Part shown: one piece after another, positions 11,935-47,040 of the stretch | Layout: each line of letters opens with the position of its first letter | How positions within the stretch are numbered: the stretch's first letter is position 1 | The notes under the pieces: model-generated | Told to the model about the DNA's origin: nothing | Seen by the model: only the letters and a program-made list of their open reading frames with translations | Database searches by the model: none | Program-made: the position numbers and the translations under genes | NCBI GenBank assembly: GCA_964016885.1 | Contig: OZ024745.1 | Coordinates: 127,286,001 to 127,350,000, forward strand | DNA: 64,000 bases | Direction of reading: 5' to 3' | From: Eledone cirrhosa | Taxonomy: Eukaryota

Positions 11935-14460
11935 TTCTAGATACTATGGCCTCGGAACGCCCCCCCCCCCCCATGCTAATCTGATCTCCTAGGTACCGGA
12001 AGCTATCCACCACTTCTATAGCACCCGCCTGTCTAATTTCCCTGTACATCTACTGCATATGTATTTCTCCCTACCTGTTAGTTTGCCTGCTATCCCGCTA
12101 CATCTCTTGTGTACCCAAGATCTGCATTGTGTGCATTTTATAGAATTTATGCCAGTTCCTTTTCTGCATATCGAAGATGGCCATTTCCCTGACGGAATCA
12201 GAGTTTTGTCCTCTTTTCTACTCATCAACACTTTTGTCTTAACTAGGTTCACTCTCAGTCCTCTTGCTTCCAACTGCTGTTTCCATAGCCAGAATTTATT
12301 CTCTAGCTCCTCTACTGATTCTGCTATAAGAACCAGATCGTCAGCATAGAGAAGTTCCCATGGACAGCCAGTCTTAAACTCCTCTGTTATGGCTTGGAGG
12401 ACTATAATGAACAAGAGCAGGCTGAGGACCGAACCTTGATGTACTCCTACTTGTACCTGGAATTCCTCACTAAACTCCATTCCTACTCTGACTTTACTGA
12501 CAGTACCTCTGTACAAAGTTTGCACTGTCCTCACAAGCCATTCCTCAACACCTAGTTTCCTTAGTGACCACCAGATGACAGATCGGGGTACCCTATCAAA
12601 GGCCTTCTCTAGGTCAACAAAGGTTAAGTATAGTGGCTTATTTTTCTCTAAGAACCTCTCTTGTAATTGTTTCACCAAGAAGAGGGCATCTGTTGTGCTC
12701 TTCCCAGGCACAAAACCAAACTGCATCTCATCTAGTTTGACCCTTTCTCTAATTAGTTGTGCTAATTCCTTTCTGCCACTTTCATAACCTGATCCATCAG
12801 TTTTATACCTCTATAATTGCTCCTCTCCAGAGCATCCCCTTTACCTTTGTAACAATTTATGAGAATACTGCTGCACCAGTCTTTGGGTATGACACCACCA
12901 TATATTGCCTGATTGATGATGCATGCAACCAGTTTAGTGCCTACGTCCCCTGATGCCTTCAGCATCTCAGCAACTATCCCCGATCGTCCAGCAGCCTTAC
13001 CATTTTTCATTTCCTTAATCACCTCTTGGACCCTATATTCGTCAATCTCAATAGCTGGTCCCTCTGTCGGATCTACTGAGGGTAATTTCTCTCTCTCCCA
13101 TTCGTTCTCCACATTCATCAGTCTCTCATAATGACATTTCCAGGCCTCCTTTTTCTGATCATTCATGACACTAAGTACACCGGCATCATTCCGGACACAT
13201 TTATCTCCAACAACATCCTGATTTGCATTGACACACTGCCTTGCAATGTGGAACACTGCACGCCTCTGATCTTCCCGGCGCAGAACATTGGCAAACTTCC
13301 TGCTCTCAGCCTCCCTGCGTGCTAAGTACACCTGACGTCTAGCTTCTCTCTTAGCGGCTGTATACCCTTCCCTACTCCCACCCTTTTTCCAAGCCTTCCA
13401 TGCTAGTCTTTTGTCTCTAATGGCCTTATCTACTGTGTTGTTCCACCACCAGGTCACTCTATGTCTGGTTGGAGCTCTGCTCCAGCCACGAGTTTCATCA
13501 GTAGCCTGCAGTAAGTGGTCACGTAAGAAATTCCAGTTATTATCTATGTCATACATCTCTAAATCATCTTCTTTTTCGCCATACACATCTTGAAGGGCTT
13601 TCCTAAATTTGTATTTTAATGAAATGTCTATTAGCTTCCAGACCTTTCTTCTCCACACCTTCCTGTATGTCTCATTCCATCTCTTGCTTACTGAGATATC
13701 ACTAACGACTAACCTATGCTGTGGGGTACATTCTTCCCCAGGGTATGCCTTGGTATTAGACACTATCTCCCTGTCCTTCTTCCTAACTAGTAAGAAGTCA
13801 ATCCAGCTTATGTGCTCGCCAGATTTGTAGGTTATTAGGTGGTTGGCAAGTTTCTGGAAGTTAGTGTTGCAAATAGTCAGTGTACTTGCATCACAAAATT
13901 CAAGAAGTCTCACTCCTTCTTCATTTCTTGAGCCGTAACTGTGCCCACCATGTACCCCAGTGTAACCATCCTGGAGTTGTCCAACATGACCATTGAAGTC
14001 CCCTGCTAGCAAAACGATGTCTCCGTCCTCTGTCATTGCGGTTGTTTGTAAAAGTTGCTCGTAAAAGCAGTCTTTCTCTTCTTTGCCTAGGCTTGCTTGT
14101 GGAGCATAGGCAGAGATGATTGTCAGTAGTCTCCTGCCTACAACTAATCTAAGCTTAATTATTCGATCACTAACTCGAACTACCTCTATTGTCTTATTGA
14201 TCCATCTCTCAGCCACGAAAATGCCTACTTCCCCTAACCCATCATCCTTACCTACCCAGAAAAGCTTATAGCTAAGATGTTTGCCTACGACTAGTCTCGC
14301 AGAGGCACCTCTCCATCTCACCTCTTGCATGCAGCACACATCCACATGCCTTCTCTCCAGCATCTCCGCTATTTCAGCAGATCTACCTCTGAGAGTGCCA
14401 ACATTAAGTGTTGCAACTCTGAGATGCGACTTCTTCATATTTTGTTGTTCCTATCTTACT
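11935..14460 (-). mobile_element. RTE-clade LINE: APE endonuclease, reverse transcriptase and PHD-like finger; 3'-truncated
   Basis: ORF 12762-14438 (APE motifs ATLNV, QEV, SAYAP, GDFNGH) and ORF 12016-12726 (QFGF, DLEKAFDRV, GVHQGS, YADD) are joined by a 1-bp deletion near 12766. Coding continues as VVDSFRYLG to ~11935. Confidence 0.92.
12016..14438 (-). pseudogene. Frameshifted LINE ORF2 (endonuclease/reverse transcriptase)
   Basis: Two ORF-track frames (558 aa and 236 aa) form one APE-RT protein. Confidence 0.9.
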
Positions 14461-14777
14461 TGTTGCTGTGCTGATAATCGTTTTGGCATTGATACACTGG
14501 TTGGATGCCCTTCCTAACACCAGTGCCACTTTACAGCATGGACTGGGTGCTTTTATTTGTGCCACCAGCACTAGAGAGGATGTCTTACTAGACTCAAGGG
14601 CCCTCTCTACCCCTCCATTTTACAGCATGGTCATAAAAAAAACACTTATTGACACTCACGGCACACACACACACACTCACTCAGACACCAACATTCATGC
14701 ATACAAACTACAAACACACACGTCACTCTCACACCAACACTCATGCATACAAACACTCATACCACTTACAAACACAC

Positions 14778-14829
<52 letters not shown>

Positions 14830-15044
14830 TACTGATACAAAATCAAAATCATGTCAACTGTTGACTTTTCCAGTCCAATTCAGTTTTTATATAACAATAA
14901 TAATAATTGTTTGCTTTACAGCAAAGAGCAACGCCCCCACCCCCCAAGGCACCAGCAAAGCGCTGGGACAATCGCTGCCCCATGCCAAGAACAGAATAGT
15001 TATTTAGTATTATTATTATTATAGTTGTTTTTAAGGCCTGATCG

Positions 15045-15370
15045 CTGGTGATGGTGGTGATGGTATCAGTGACGGTGATGGTGGATGATGTCAGTGATGG
15101 TGATGGTGGTGGATGGTGCCAGTGATGGTGATGGTGGTGGATGGTGCCAGTGACGGTGGTGGTGGTGGATGGTGACAGTGATGGTGGTGGTGATGGATGG
15201 TGACAGTGATGGTGGTGGTGGTAGATGGTGCCAGTGATGGTGTTGGTGGATGGTGTCAGCGGTGGTGGTTGTAGTGGTGGTGAAGGTGGTGGATGGTGTC
15301 AGTATGGTGATGGTGGTGTATGGTGTCAGTGATGGTGGTGGTGGCAGTTGTTGTTGTTGCCGTTGTTGTT
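15045..15370. repeat. GGT/GAT-rich degenerate minisatellite (~27 bp unit)
   Basis: Recurrent GGATGGTGxCAGTGATGGTGxTGGT. Confidence 0.8.
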
Positions 15371-15479
15371 GTTCATTTCACTGCTGCTGCAGACAATGGT
15401 GCTGTGGAAGTTGTTGTAGTCGCTGGGTTGAAATTTTGAAATTTGTTCGCTTCGCGTGTGTGATATATCTTAGTCTTAG

Positions 15480-15880
15480 TTCCTCCAGTCCCTTGTGGAA
15501 CATTGGGCGACTAGCTTCCTCCACTTGATCCTGTCACTGGCGGCCCTTCTAGCACCTCTCCAGGTAATTGCCATCTCCCGCAGGTCCTCCCTGAATGTGC
15601 TCCGCCATGTTTTTTGTGGTCTTCTCCGTTCTCTCCTGCCACCTTCAGGTATGGTCCAGGTGTTCCATCGGCAATGCCGTCAAATTCCGTGTTTACATGT
15701 CCATTGTAGTACCAACAGCGATATATGCCTGTGAGACATGGAAGAGTACGGAAAGTGTATGTAACAAGCTTGATATATTCCACCGTCGTTGCATTCGGAC
15801 CATATTGAAAATTTCATGGAGAGACCAAGTTAGCAACGAGGAAGATTGGAGAGGTTAAGGGACATTGTCCGGAAAAGGAG
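15480..15880. mobile_element. Short RTE insertion with an internal inversion
   Basis: 15480-15650 minus encodes the ORF2 end (RRPQKTWRSTFREDL..DRIKWRKLV). 15660-15850 plus encodes the upstream part (IVVPTAIYACETW..FHRRCIRTILKISWRD). Confidence 0.7.
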
Positions 15881-15946
15881 ACGGTGGTTCGCGGGCCACA
15901 TCCTTCGTTTGTGATATATACACATACAATGGTGTTGTTGCTGTCG

Positions 15947-16006
<60 letters not shown>

Positions 16007-16285
16007 ATGTATGTCGGACAGACCGGACTTCGCCTGGCAGATCGGTTCACAGAGCACCTCCGAGATATTCGTCTCGGTGGGAATTCCCTCATCGCCTGCC
16101 ACTTTGGTTCCCCTGGACACAACCTCAACGTCTGTGGCCTGATTGAATGCCATGAGACCCCCGCAACTTGCTTTAGGGCCGAACAACTTACCATCTTCAC
16201 CCTACAGACCCACTCTACTACCCTAAGTATTGAGTACTCTGGTGCGTTATGGTCCATCTGGTTCCTTACCACAATTCCTTAGTTA
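16007..16285 (+). mobile_element. Penelope-like element fragment: GIY-YIG endonuclease joined to terminal tail
   Basis: Translation MYVGQTGLRLADRFTEHLRDIR..IACHFGSPGH..GL..EQLTIFTLQT fits the PLE GIY-YIG pattern YxGxT..R..EH..HF..H..E. Followed by the tail shared with the palindromic elements, then (TA)n. Confidence 0.8.
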
Positions 16286-16559
16286 TAAATATATATATAT
16301 TGTGTGTGAAACTAATAGCTTCTCATGAAATGTAGTTATGCTCTAAATGTTTACTGACTCTTGTCTTAGACTATTCACTAGATTCTATAGTTAACATTGT
16401 ACTAGTGTAATATTTCGACTTTATTTTAAGATGTAGTTGAAATTCCTTTCAGTATTTATATAACTCTCTCATTGTTCATTCCTTTAGCATCATGAGTTTT
16501 TCCATCATCATTTTCAATGTAGTCTTGAGTTTTATTTAAAAAAAAAAAATTCATGAACA

Positions 16560-17160
16560 TCAACAAGTAGAGAAGTTCAAGTATCTCAGGGCCGTGTTCT
16601 TGAGTGATGGAAGCAGGAGTTTTAATTAAGTGCAAGAATTGCAGAAGCTGGTGCAGTCATATGCCAGCTTCAGCTTTCAATAATCAGAAGAAGGGATGTA
16701 GGCATAAAAGCCAAACTCGCTATCTTCAATTCGGTATTTGTGCCAACCCTTACCTATGGTCATAAATCTTGAGTAATGACCGAAAGAATATGATCGCAGA
16801 TACAAACGGCCGAAATGGGGGTTCCTCTAAGGGCTCTTTGGAGTAATGTTACTCAATAGAGTGCATAGATCAGTGAGTCATTCCAGGTAGAGCCACTACT
16901 TCTCTGAATTGAGAGATCACAGCTCTATTACTATGGGCTTATGGTCAGAATGTCTTAGGAAAGAATTGCTGGACAGATTTAACAGGCAAAACCAACTGGC
17001 AGGACACCCAGGGGTAGACCCCAGGGAAGATAGTTAGATAACATTCATGAGCTTGGCTGGTCTTGCTTGGAGACTGATGCTTCTGACAGGACCCACTGGA
17101 AGAAGTGGTTAAGGACTCTGCTCCCATAACCCTCTCAGGAATAAGTGAGCGAAGAAGAAG
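16560..17160 (+). mobile_element. RTE (Rex3/Expander-like) LINE 3' fragment
   Basis: QVEKFKYL..VPTLTYGH..MTER..QTAEM and (GAA)n tail. Second copy at 54640-55205. Confidence 0.75.
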
Positions 17161-17602
17161 AAAAAAATTCTTACTTTTTTACACAACTCTACACACGGCA
17201 AAAACAGATTTTGCAGTTGCGTAGAACAATCATTTTATAGATTGAGAACATTTCATCTCAGTTCCACCCTGTTCCATACTGTAAGCCTGGTTGGTGTTAG
17301 GAAGGACATCCAGCTGTAAAAAAACTGGCCAAAATACAGTTCTGTTTGAGCAAGGTACAATGTAGCTAAATAGCCAGACCCTCCTCCTAACAGAACCACC
17401 CAGTTCCACACTGTAAAAAAAAAAAAAATAACGGCAAAAAAAAAAAAACTGGCTTTTCGAATTACAGGCACAATTCATTTTTGCCAGCTGAGTGGACTGG
17501 AGCAACATGAAATAAAGTGTCTTGCCCAAGGACACAATGTGCCGCTGGGAATCAAATTCATGAATTTACAATTGTGAGCCAAATACCCTAACCACAAAGT
17601 CG

Positions 17603-17682
<80 letters not shown>

Positions 17683-17734
17683 ATAGTGTGTAATTTTGTT
17701 ATAAAATTATATTTAAATTTATTTTTTATTGCAG

Positions 17735-41776
<24,042 letters not shown>

Positions 41777-42323
41777 ACATTACTTGTAAAGGGGTACAGG
41801 AGGCAGCAAGTAATTGTTACTTGGTTCCTTTTTTCCCTTTTTCCTCTCCACATAGCTACACCTTATTTCTCACACCAAACCCACACACCCCTCTTTTTTT
41901 TTTTACCTTCCATCTCTTTTGCTTCTCCTCATTCTTCTCTTTCCTTCTTTCCTTCCATCCTTCCTTCCATCCACACATCTTTGATAATACATTCTATGTT
42001 GTGGTTGTATCCATTTAGTATGTCTCAATCACCAAAAATGATTTATTATTATTATTATTTTTTTTTTTTCCCTATGGAATCTTGCTAGCAATATTTTAAT
42101 TTTTTTTCAAAGAAAGTATTTGATCAAAAGATGAAAGAATTTGCCAATGAAGTACATGCTTGTTACAAGTGAATTGGGATTTTCTAGAATTTCGATAGGA
42201 AATATATAAAGTGAAGGGAAGATTGTGTGTGGTTGAAGGTATGCATCCATTTGCCTGACTTGATTTTTAAGATTTTGTTTTATATCATTTTAATATATTT
42301 TGGTTTGGTTTAATTTCATGCAA

Positions 42324-42334
42324 AATAAAATAAA
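42324..42334 (+). terminator. Probable AUP1 polyadenylation signal (overlapping AATAAA x2)
   Basis: AATAAAATAAA ~550 nt after the stop, followed by GT-rich TGCTGTTGGTTTGT. Confidence 0.55.
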
Positions 42335-42556
42335 AGTAACCGTGGTTACAATTTCTGCTGTTGGTTTGTAACTGGTATTGCATCCTCTGCTATTCCCACA
42401 TTTAAATAGATAATAGTAAATTACTGAGTCAGAGTTCTGCAGCTGCCAGCTAATCAAGAGCTATACTATATATATATATAATTGGTGTTGGATGCTTAAA
42501 GTGTCCGAATGCGGTAGGCCGTTTGAGCACTCGATGTTCTCATAGAGCAGAATATG

Positions 42557-42838
42557 ATATCACAGAAAAAAAGAGAATCAGTGTTGCGACAAATGGAATG
42601 TATTGGACACATTACAATTGTTTCTCTGATCGTCAGATACGTCTTGATTCTACGAAGCAGATTTTCATTAGGAAAATCTGCTTCGTAGAATCAAAACGTA
42701 TCTGAGGACCTTGCGATTTTCAGAGTCAGGTTTGATCATCACATCGATCGTGCCTCGAGCTGGTCGCCAGAGAAACGATTGTAATATGTCCAATAAATTC
42801 CGTTCGTCGCAACACTGACTCTTTTTTTCTGTGAGATA
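42557..42838. mobile_element. Palindromic element carrying two outward-facing hammerhead-like motifs
   Basis: Arms pair about an axis at ~42669; the left arm lacks ~58 nt of stem II. Confidence 0.7.
42696..42789 (+). ncRNA. Type I hammerhead-like motif with long (~63 nt) stem II region
   Basis: ACGTAT-CTGAGGA-[stem II]-GAAA-C(GATT)G-TA-ATATGT: 6-bp stem I, GUA triplet; base of stem II is imperfect. Confidence 0.5.
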
Positions 42839-43005
42839 TATATATATATATATATATATATAAATTTTGAGTATATGTTGGTTGTTTAGGGACAGCTCAG
42901 TATGCAGATTGGAGCACTCGACGAAGTACGCAGGTTGGTTTGTAATGTAAAATAAGTAAGTCAAATATGTAAAATTTGGCTTCGTTTATTATAAATTATA
43001 AATTT

Positions 43006-43060
43006 ACTGCTATATATATTTCGGTGACAGCCATCATTGGCTGTGACCTCTTCAGGCAGT
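43006..43060 (-). ncRNA. Minimal type I hammerhead ribozyme (PLE-type)
   Basis: Exact reverse complement of 43485-43539. Confidence 0.8.
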
Positions 43061-43213
43061 CGAAATTGGTGTGGAAAAGACAGGTACACATGTTGTTGAA
43101 GTGTGTTTTACTCCGTAAATACATCGATATGTCCAGCTCCTGGTTGTGTTGTTATCCAAGGATGTGTGTTGTTAGTCCGTGTATATATATGTACGTATGT
43201 ATGTATGTGTATA

Positions 43214-43244
<31 letters not shown>

Positions 43245-43484
43245 GTGTATATATATATGTATGTGTATATATGTATGTACATATATATATGTATGTGTAT
43301 ATATATATATATGTATATATGTATGTATATATGTATGTGAATATAAATATGTATGTGTATATATATATTTATATGTATGTGTATATATATATATATATGT
43401 ATATATGTATATATATATATTCATATTGACGGAGTAAAACACACTTCAACAACATGTGTACCTGTCTTTTCCACACCAATTCGG

Positions 43485-43539
43485 ACTGCCTGAAGAGGTC
43501 ACAGCCAATGATGGCTGTCACCGAAATATATATAGCAGT
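43485..43539 (+). ncRNA. Minimal type I hammerhead ribozyme (PLE-type)
   Basis: Stem I ACTGC/GCAGT; CTGAAGA; stem II GGTCACAGCCA-ATGA-TGGCTGTCACC (10/11 pairs, G-C closing); GAAA; palindromic TATATA stem III; AUA cleavage triplet; AATAAA downstream. Confidence 0.8.
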
Positions 43540-43590
43540 ATATCTATAATTTATAATAAACGAAGCCAAATTTTACATATTTGACTTAAT

Positions 43591-43631
<41 letters not shown>

Positions 43632-43749
43632 GTATGTATGTATATATGTATGTATCGTATGTATGTGTATGTATGTATACGTATATATGTGTATATATAT
43701 GTGTATGTGTATATATATGTGTATATATATGTGTATATATATATATGTG

Positions 43750-43796
<47 letters not shown>

Positions 43797-43899
43797 GTGT
43801 ATATATATGTATATATATATATATATATATGTATGTGTATATATGTATGTGTATATATGTATGTGTATATATGTATATATATATATTTATATGTATGTA

Positions 43900-43932
<33 letters not shown>

Positions 43933-43934
<2 letters not shown>

Positions 43935-44118
43935 TCATTTTATTAAGGCTAAAAAGTGAGTCTTGTCTCTTTGGAGTTCGCCTGTTTATCCCAGGGTCAT
44001 AGGGCAAGATCCTGTGATAAACAGGCAAAACTCCAAAGTGACAAGACTTACTTAATAAAACGAATATTAAAACTCTACTTCGGTGTTGTGTACTCTTTTC
44101 TCTCAGCCGTCAACTACA
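43933..44118. mobile_element. Second copy of the 5225-5417 palindromic mini-element (decayed hammerheads)
   Basis: Shared arms GTGAGTCTTGT..CCTGTTTATC / GATAAACAGG..ACAAGACT and tail AAAACTCTACTT..CCGTCAAC. Confidence 0.7.
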
Positions 44119-44119
44119 T

Positions 44120-44201
44120 ACAGATATATATATATATGCGCATATGTATATATATATATGTATGTGCATATATATATATATATATGACCCTCCCCAAGTA
44201 T

Positions 44202-44239
<38 letters not shown>

Positions 44240-44268
44240 GTATGGGTATATATATATATATATGTATG

Positions 44269-44320
<52 letters not shown>

Positions 44321-45877
44321 CATATATATATATATGTGTATGTGCATATATATATGTATGTGCATATATATATATGTATATATGTATGTGCATATATATA
44401 TGTATGTGCATATATATATATGTATATATGTATGTGCATATATATATATATATGTATATATGTATGTGCATATATATATATGTATATGTATATATGTATG
44501 TGCATATATATATATATATGTATATATGTATGTGCATATATATATATGTATATGTATATATGTATGTGCATATATATATATATGTATATATGTATGTGCA
44601 TATATGTATATGTATGTGCATATGTATATATATATATGTATGTGTATATATGTATATGTATGTGCATATGTATATGTATGTGCATATGTATATGTATGTG
44701 CATATGTATATATATATATATGTATGTGTATATATGTATATGTATGTGTATATATGTATATGTATGTGTATATATGTATATGTATGTGTATATATGTATA
44801 TGTATGTGTATATATGTATATGTATGTGTATATATGTATATGTATGTGTATATATGTATATGTATGTGCATATGTATATATATATATATATATATATGTG
44901 TATATATGTATATGTATGTGCATATGTATATATATATATATATGTATGTGTATATATGTATATGTATGTGCATATGTATATATATATATATATATGTATG
45001 TGTATATATGTATGTTCATATGTATATGTATGTCTATATGTTCATATGTATATATATATATGTATGTGCATGTATATATATGTATACGTATATGTATGTA
45101 TATATGTATGTATGTGTATATATATGTATATGTATGTGTATGTATATGTATGTATATATATATGTATATGTATGTATATATATATGTATATGTATGTATA
45201 TATATATGTATATGTATGTATATATATATGTATATGTATGTATATGTATGTATATGTATGTATATATATATGTATATGTATGTATATATATATATATATA
45301 TGTATGTGTATATATGTATGTATATATATATGTATGTGTATGTATGTGTATGTATATATATATGTATATATGTATGTGTATATATGTATATGTATGTATA
45401 TATATATGTATGTGTATATATATATATATATATGTACATGTATGTATATATATGTACATGTATGTATATATATATATGTACATGTATGTATATATATATA
45501 TGTATGTGTATATATGTATGTATATATATATATGTATGTGTATATATATATATATATATGTATGTGTATATATATATATATATATATGTATGTGTATATA
45601 TATATATATATATATGTATGTGTATATATATATATATATTGTATGTGTATATATATATGTGTATATATGTATATATGTGTATATATATATGTATATATAT
45701 ATATGTGTATATATGTATATATATATATGTGTATATATGTATATATATATATGTGTATATATGTATATATATATATGTGTATATATGTATATATATATAT
45801 GTGTATATATGTATATATATATGTGTATATATGTATATATATATGTGTATATATGTATATATATATGTGTATATATG

Positions 45878-45909
<32 letters not shown>

Positions 45910-45925
45910 TATATGTACATGTATG

Positions 45926-45973
<48 letters not shown>

Positions 45974-46030
45974 TGTATGTATATATATATGTATATGTAT
46001 ATATATATATATGTACATGTATGTATATAT

Positions 46031-46082
<52 letters not shown>

Positions 46083-46694
46083 ATATATATATATATGTAT
46101 GTGTATATATATATATGTATGTATATATATATATATGTACATGTATGTATATATATATATGTATGTATATATATATATGTATGTATGTATGTATATATAT
46201 ATATATGTATGTATATATATATATATATATGTACATGTATGTATATATATATATGTATGTGTATATATGTATGTATATATATATATGTGTATATATATAT
46301 ATATATATGTATGTGTATATATATATATATATATATGTATGTGTATATATATATATATATATATGTATGTGTATATATATATATATATTGTATGTGTATA
46401 TATATATGTGTATATATGTATATATGTGTATATATATATGTATATATATATATGTGTATATATGTATATATATATATGTGTATATATGTATATATATATA
46501 TGTGTATATATGTATATATATATATGTGTATATATGTATATATATATATGTGTATATATGTATATATATATATGTGTATATATGTATATATATATGTGTA
46601 TATATGTATATATATATGTGTATATATGTATATATATATGTGTATATATGTATATATATATGTGTATATATGTATATATATATGTGTATATATG

Positions 46695-46740
<46 letters not shown>

Positions 46741-46746
46741 TGTATG

Positions 46747-46794
<48 letters not shown>

Positions 46795-46853
46795 TGTATG
46801 TATATATATATATGTATATGTATATATATATATATGTACATGTATGTATATAT

Positions 46854-46897
<44 letters not shown>

Positions 46898-47040
46898 ATA
46901 TATATATATATGTATGTGTATATATATATGTATGTATATATATATATGTATGTATGTATGTATATATATATATATGTATGTATATATATATATATATATG
47001 TACATGTATGTATATATATATATGTATGTGTATATATATA
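44120..47040. repeat. ~2.9 kb compound (TA)n/(TATG)n/(TATGTG)n microsatellite
   Basis: Direct inspection; source of the 600-1090 aa Y/I/M/C/V ORFs. Confidence 0.98.

Larger units (their letters stand above)
42948..43597. repeat. Inverted repeat, ~174-bp arms (42948-43121 / 43424-43597), ~300-bp mostly microsatellite spacer
   Basis: Arms are near-identical reverse complements; the ORF track shows the mirrored peptide MASFIINY.. Confidence 0.92.
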
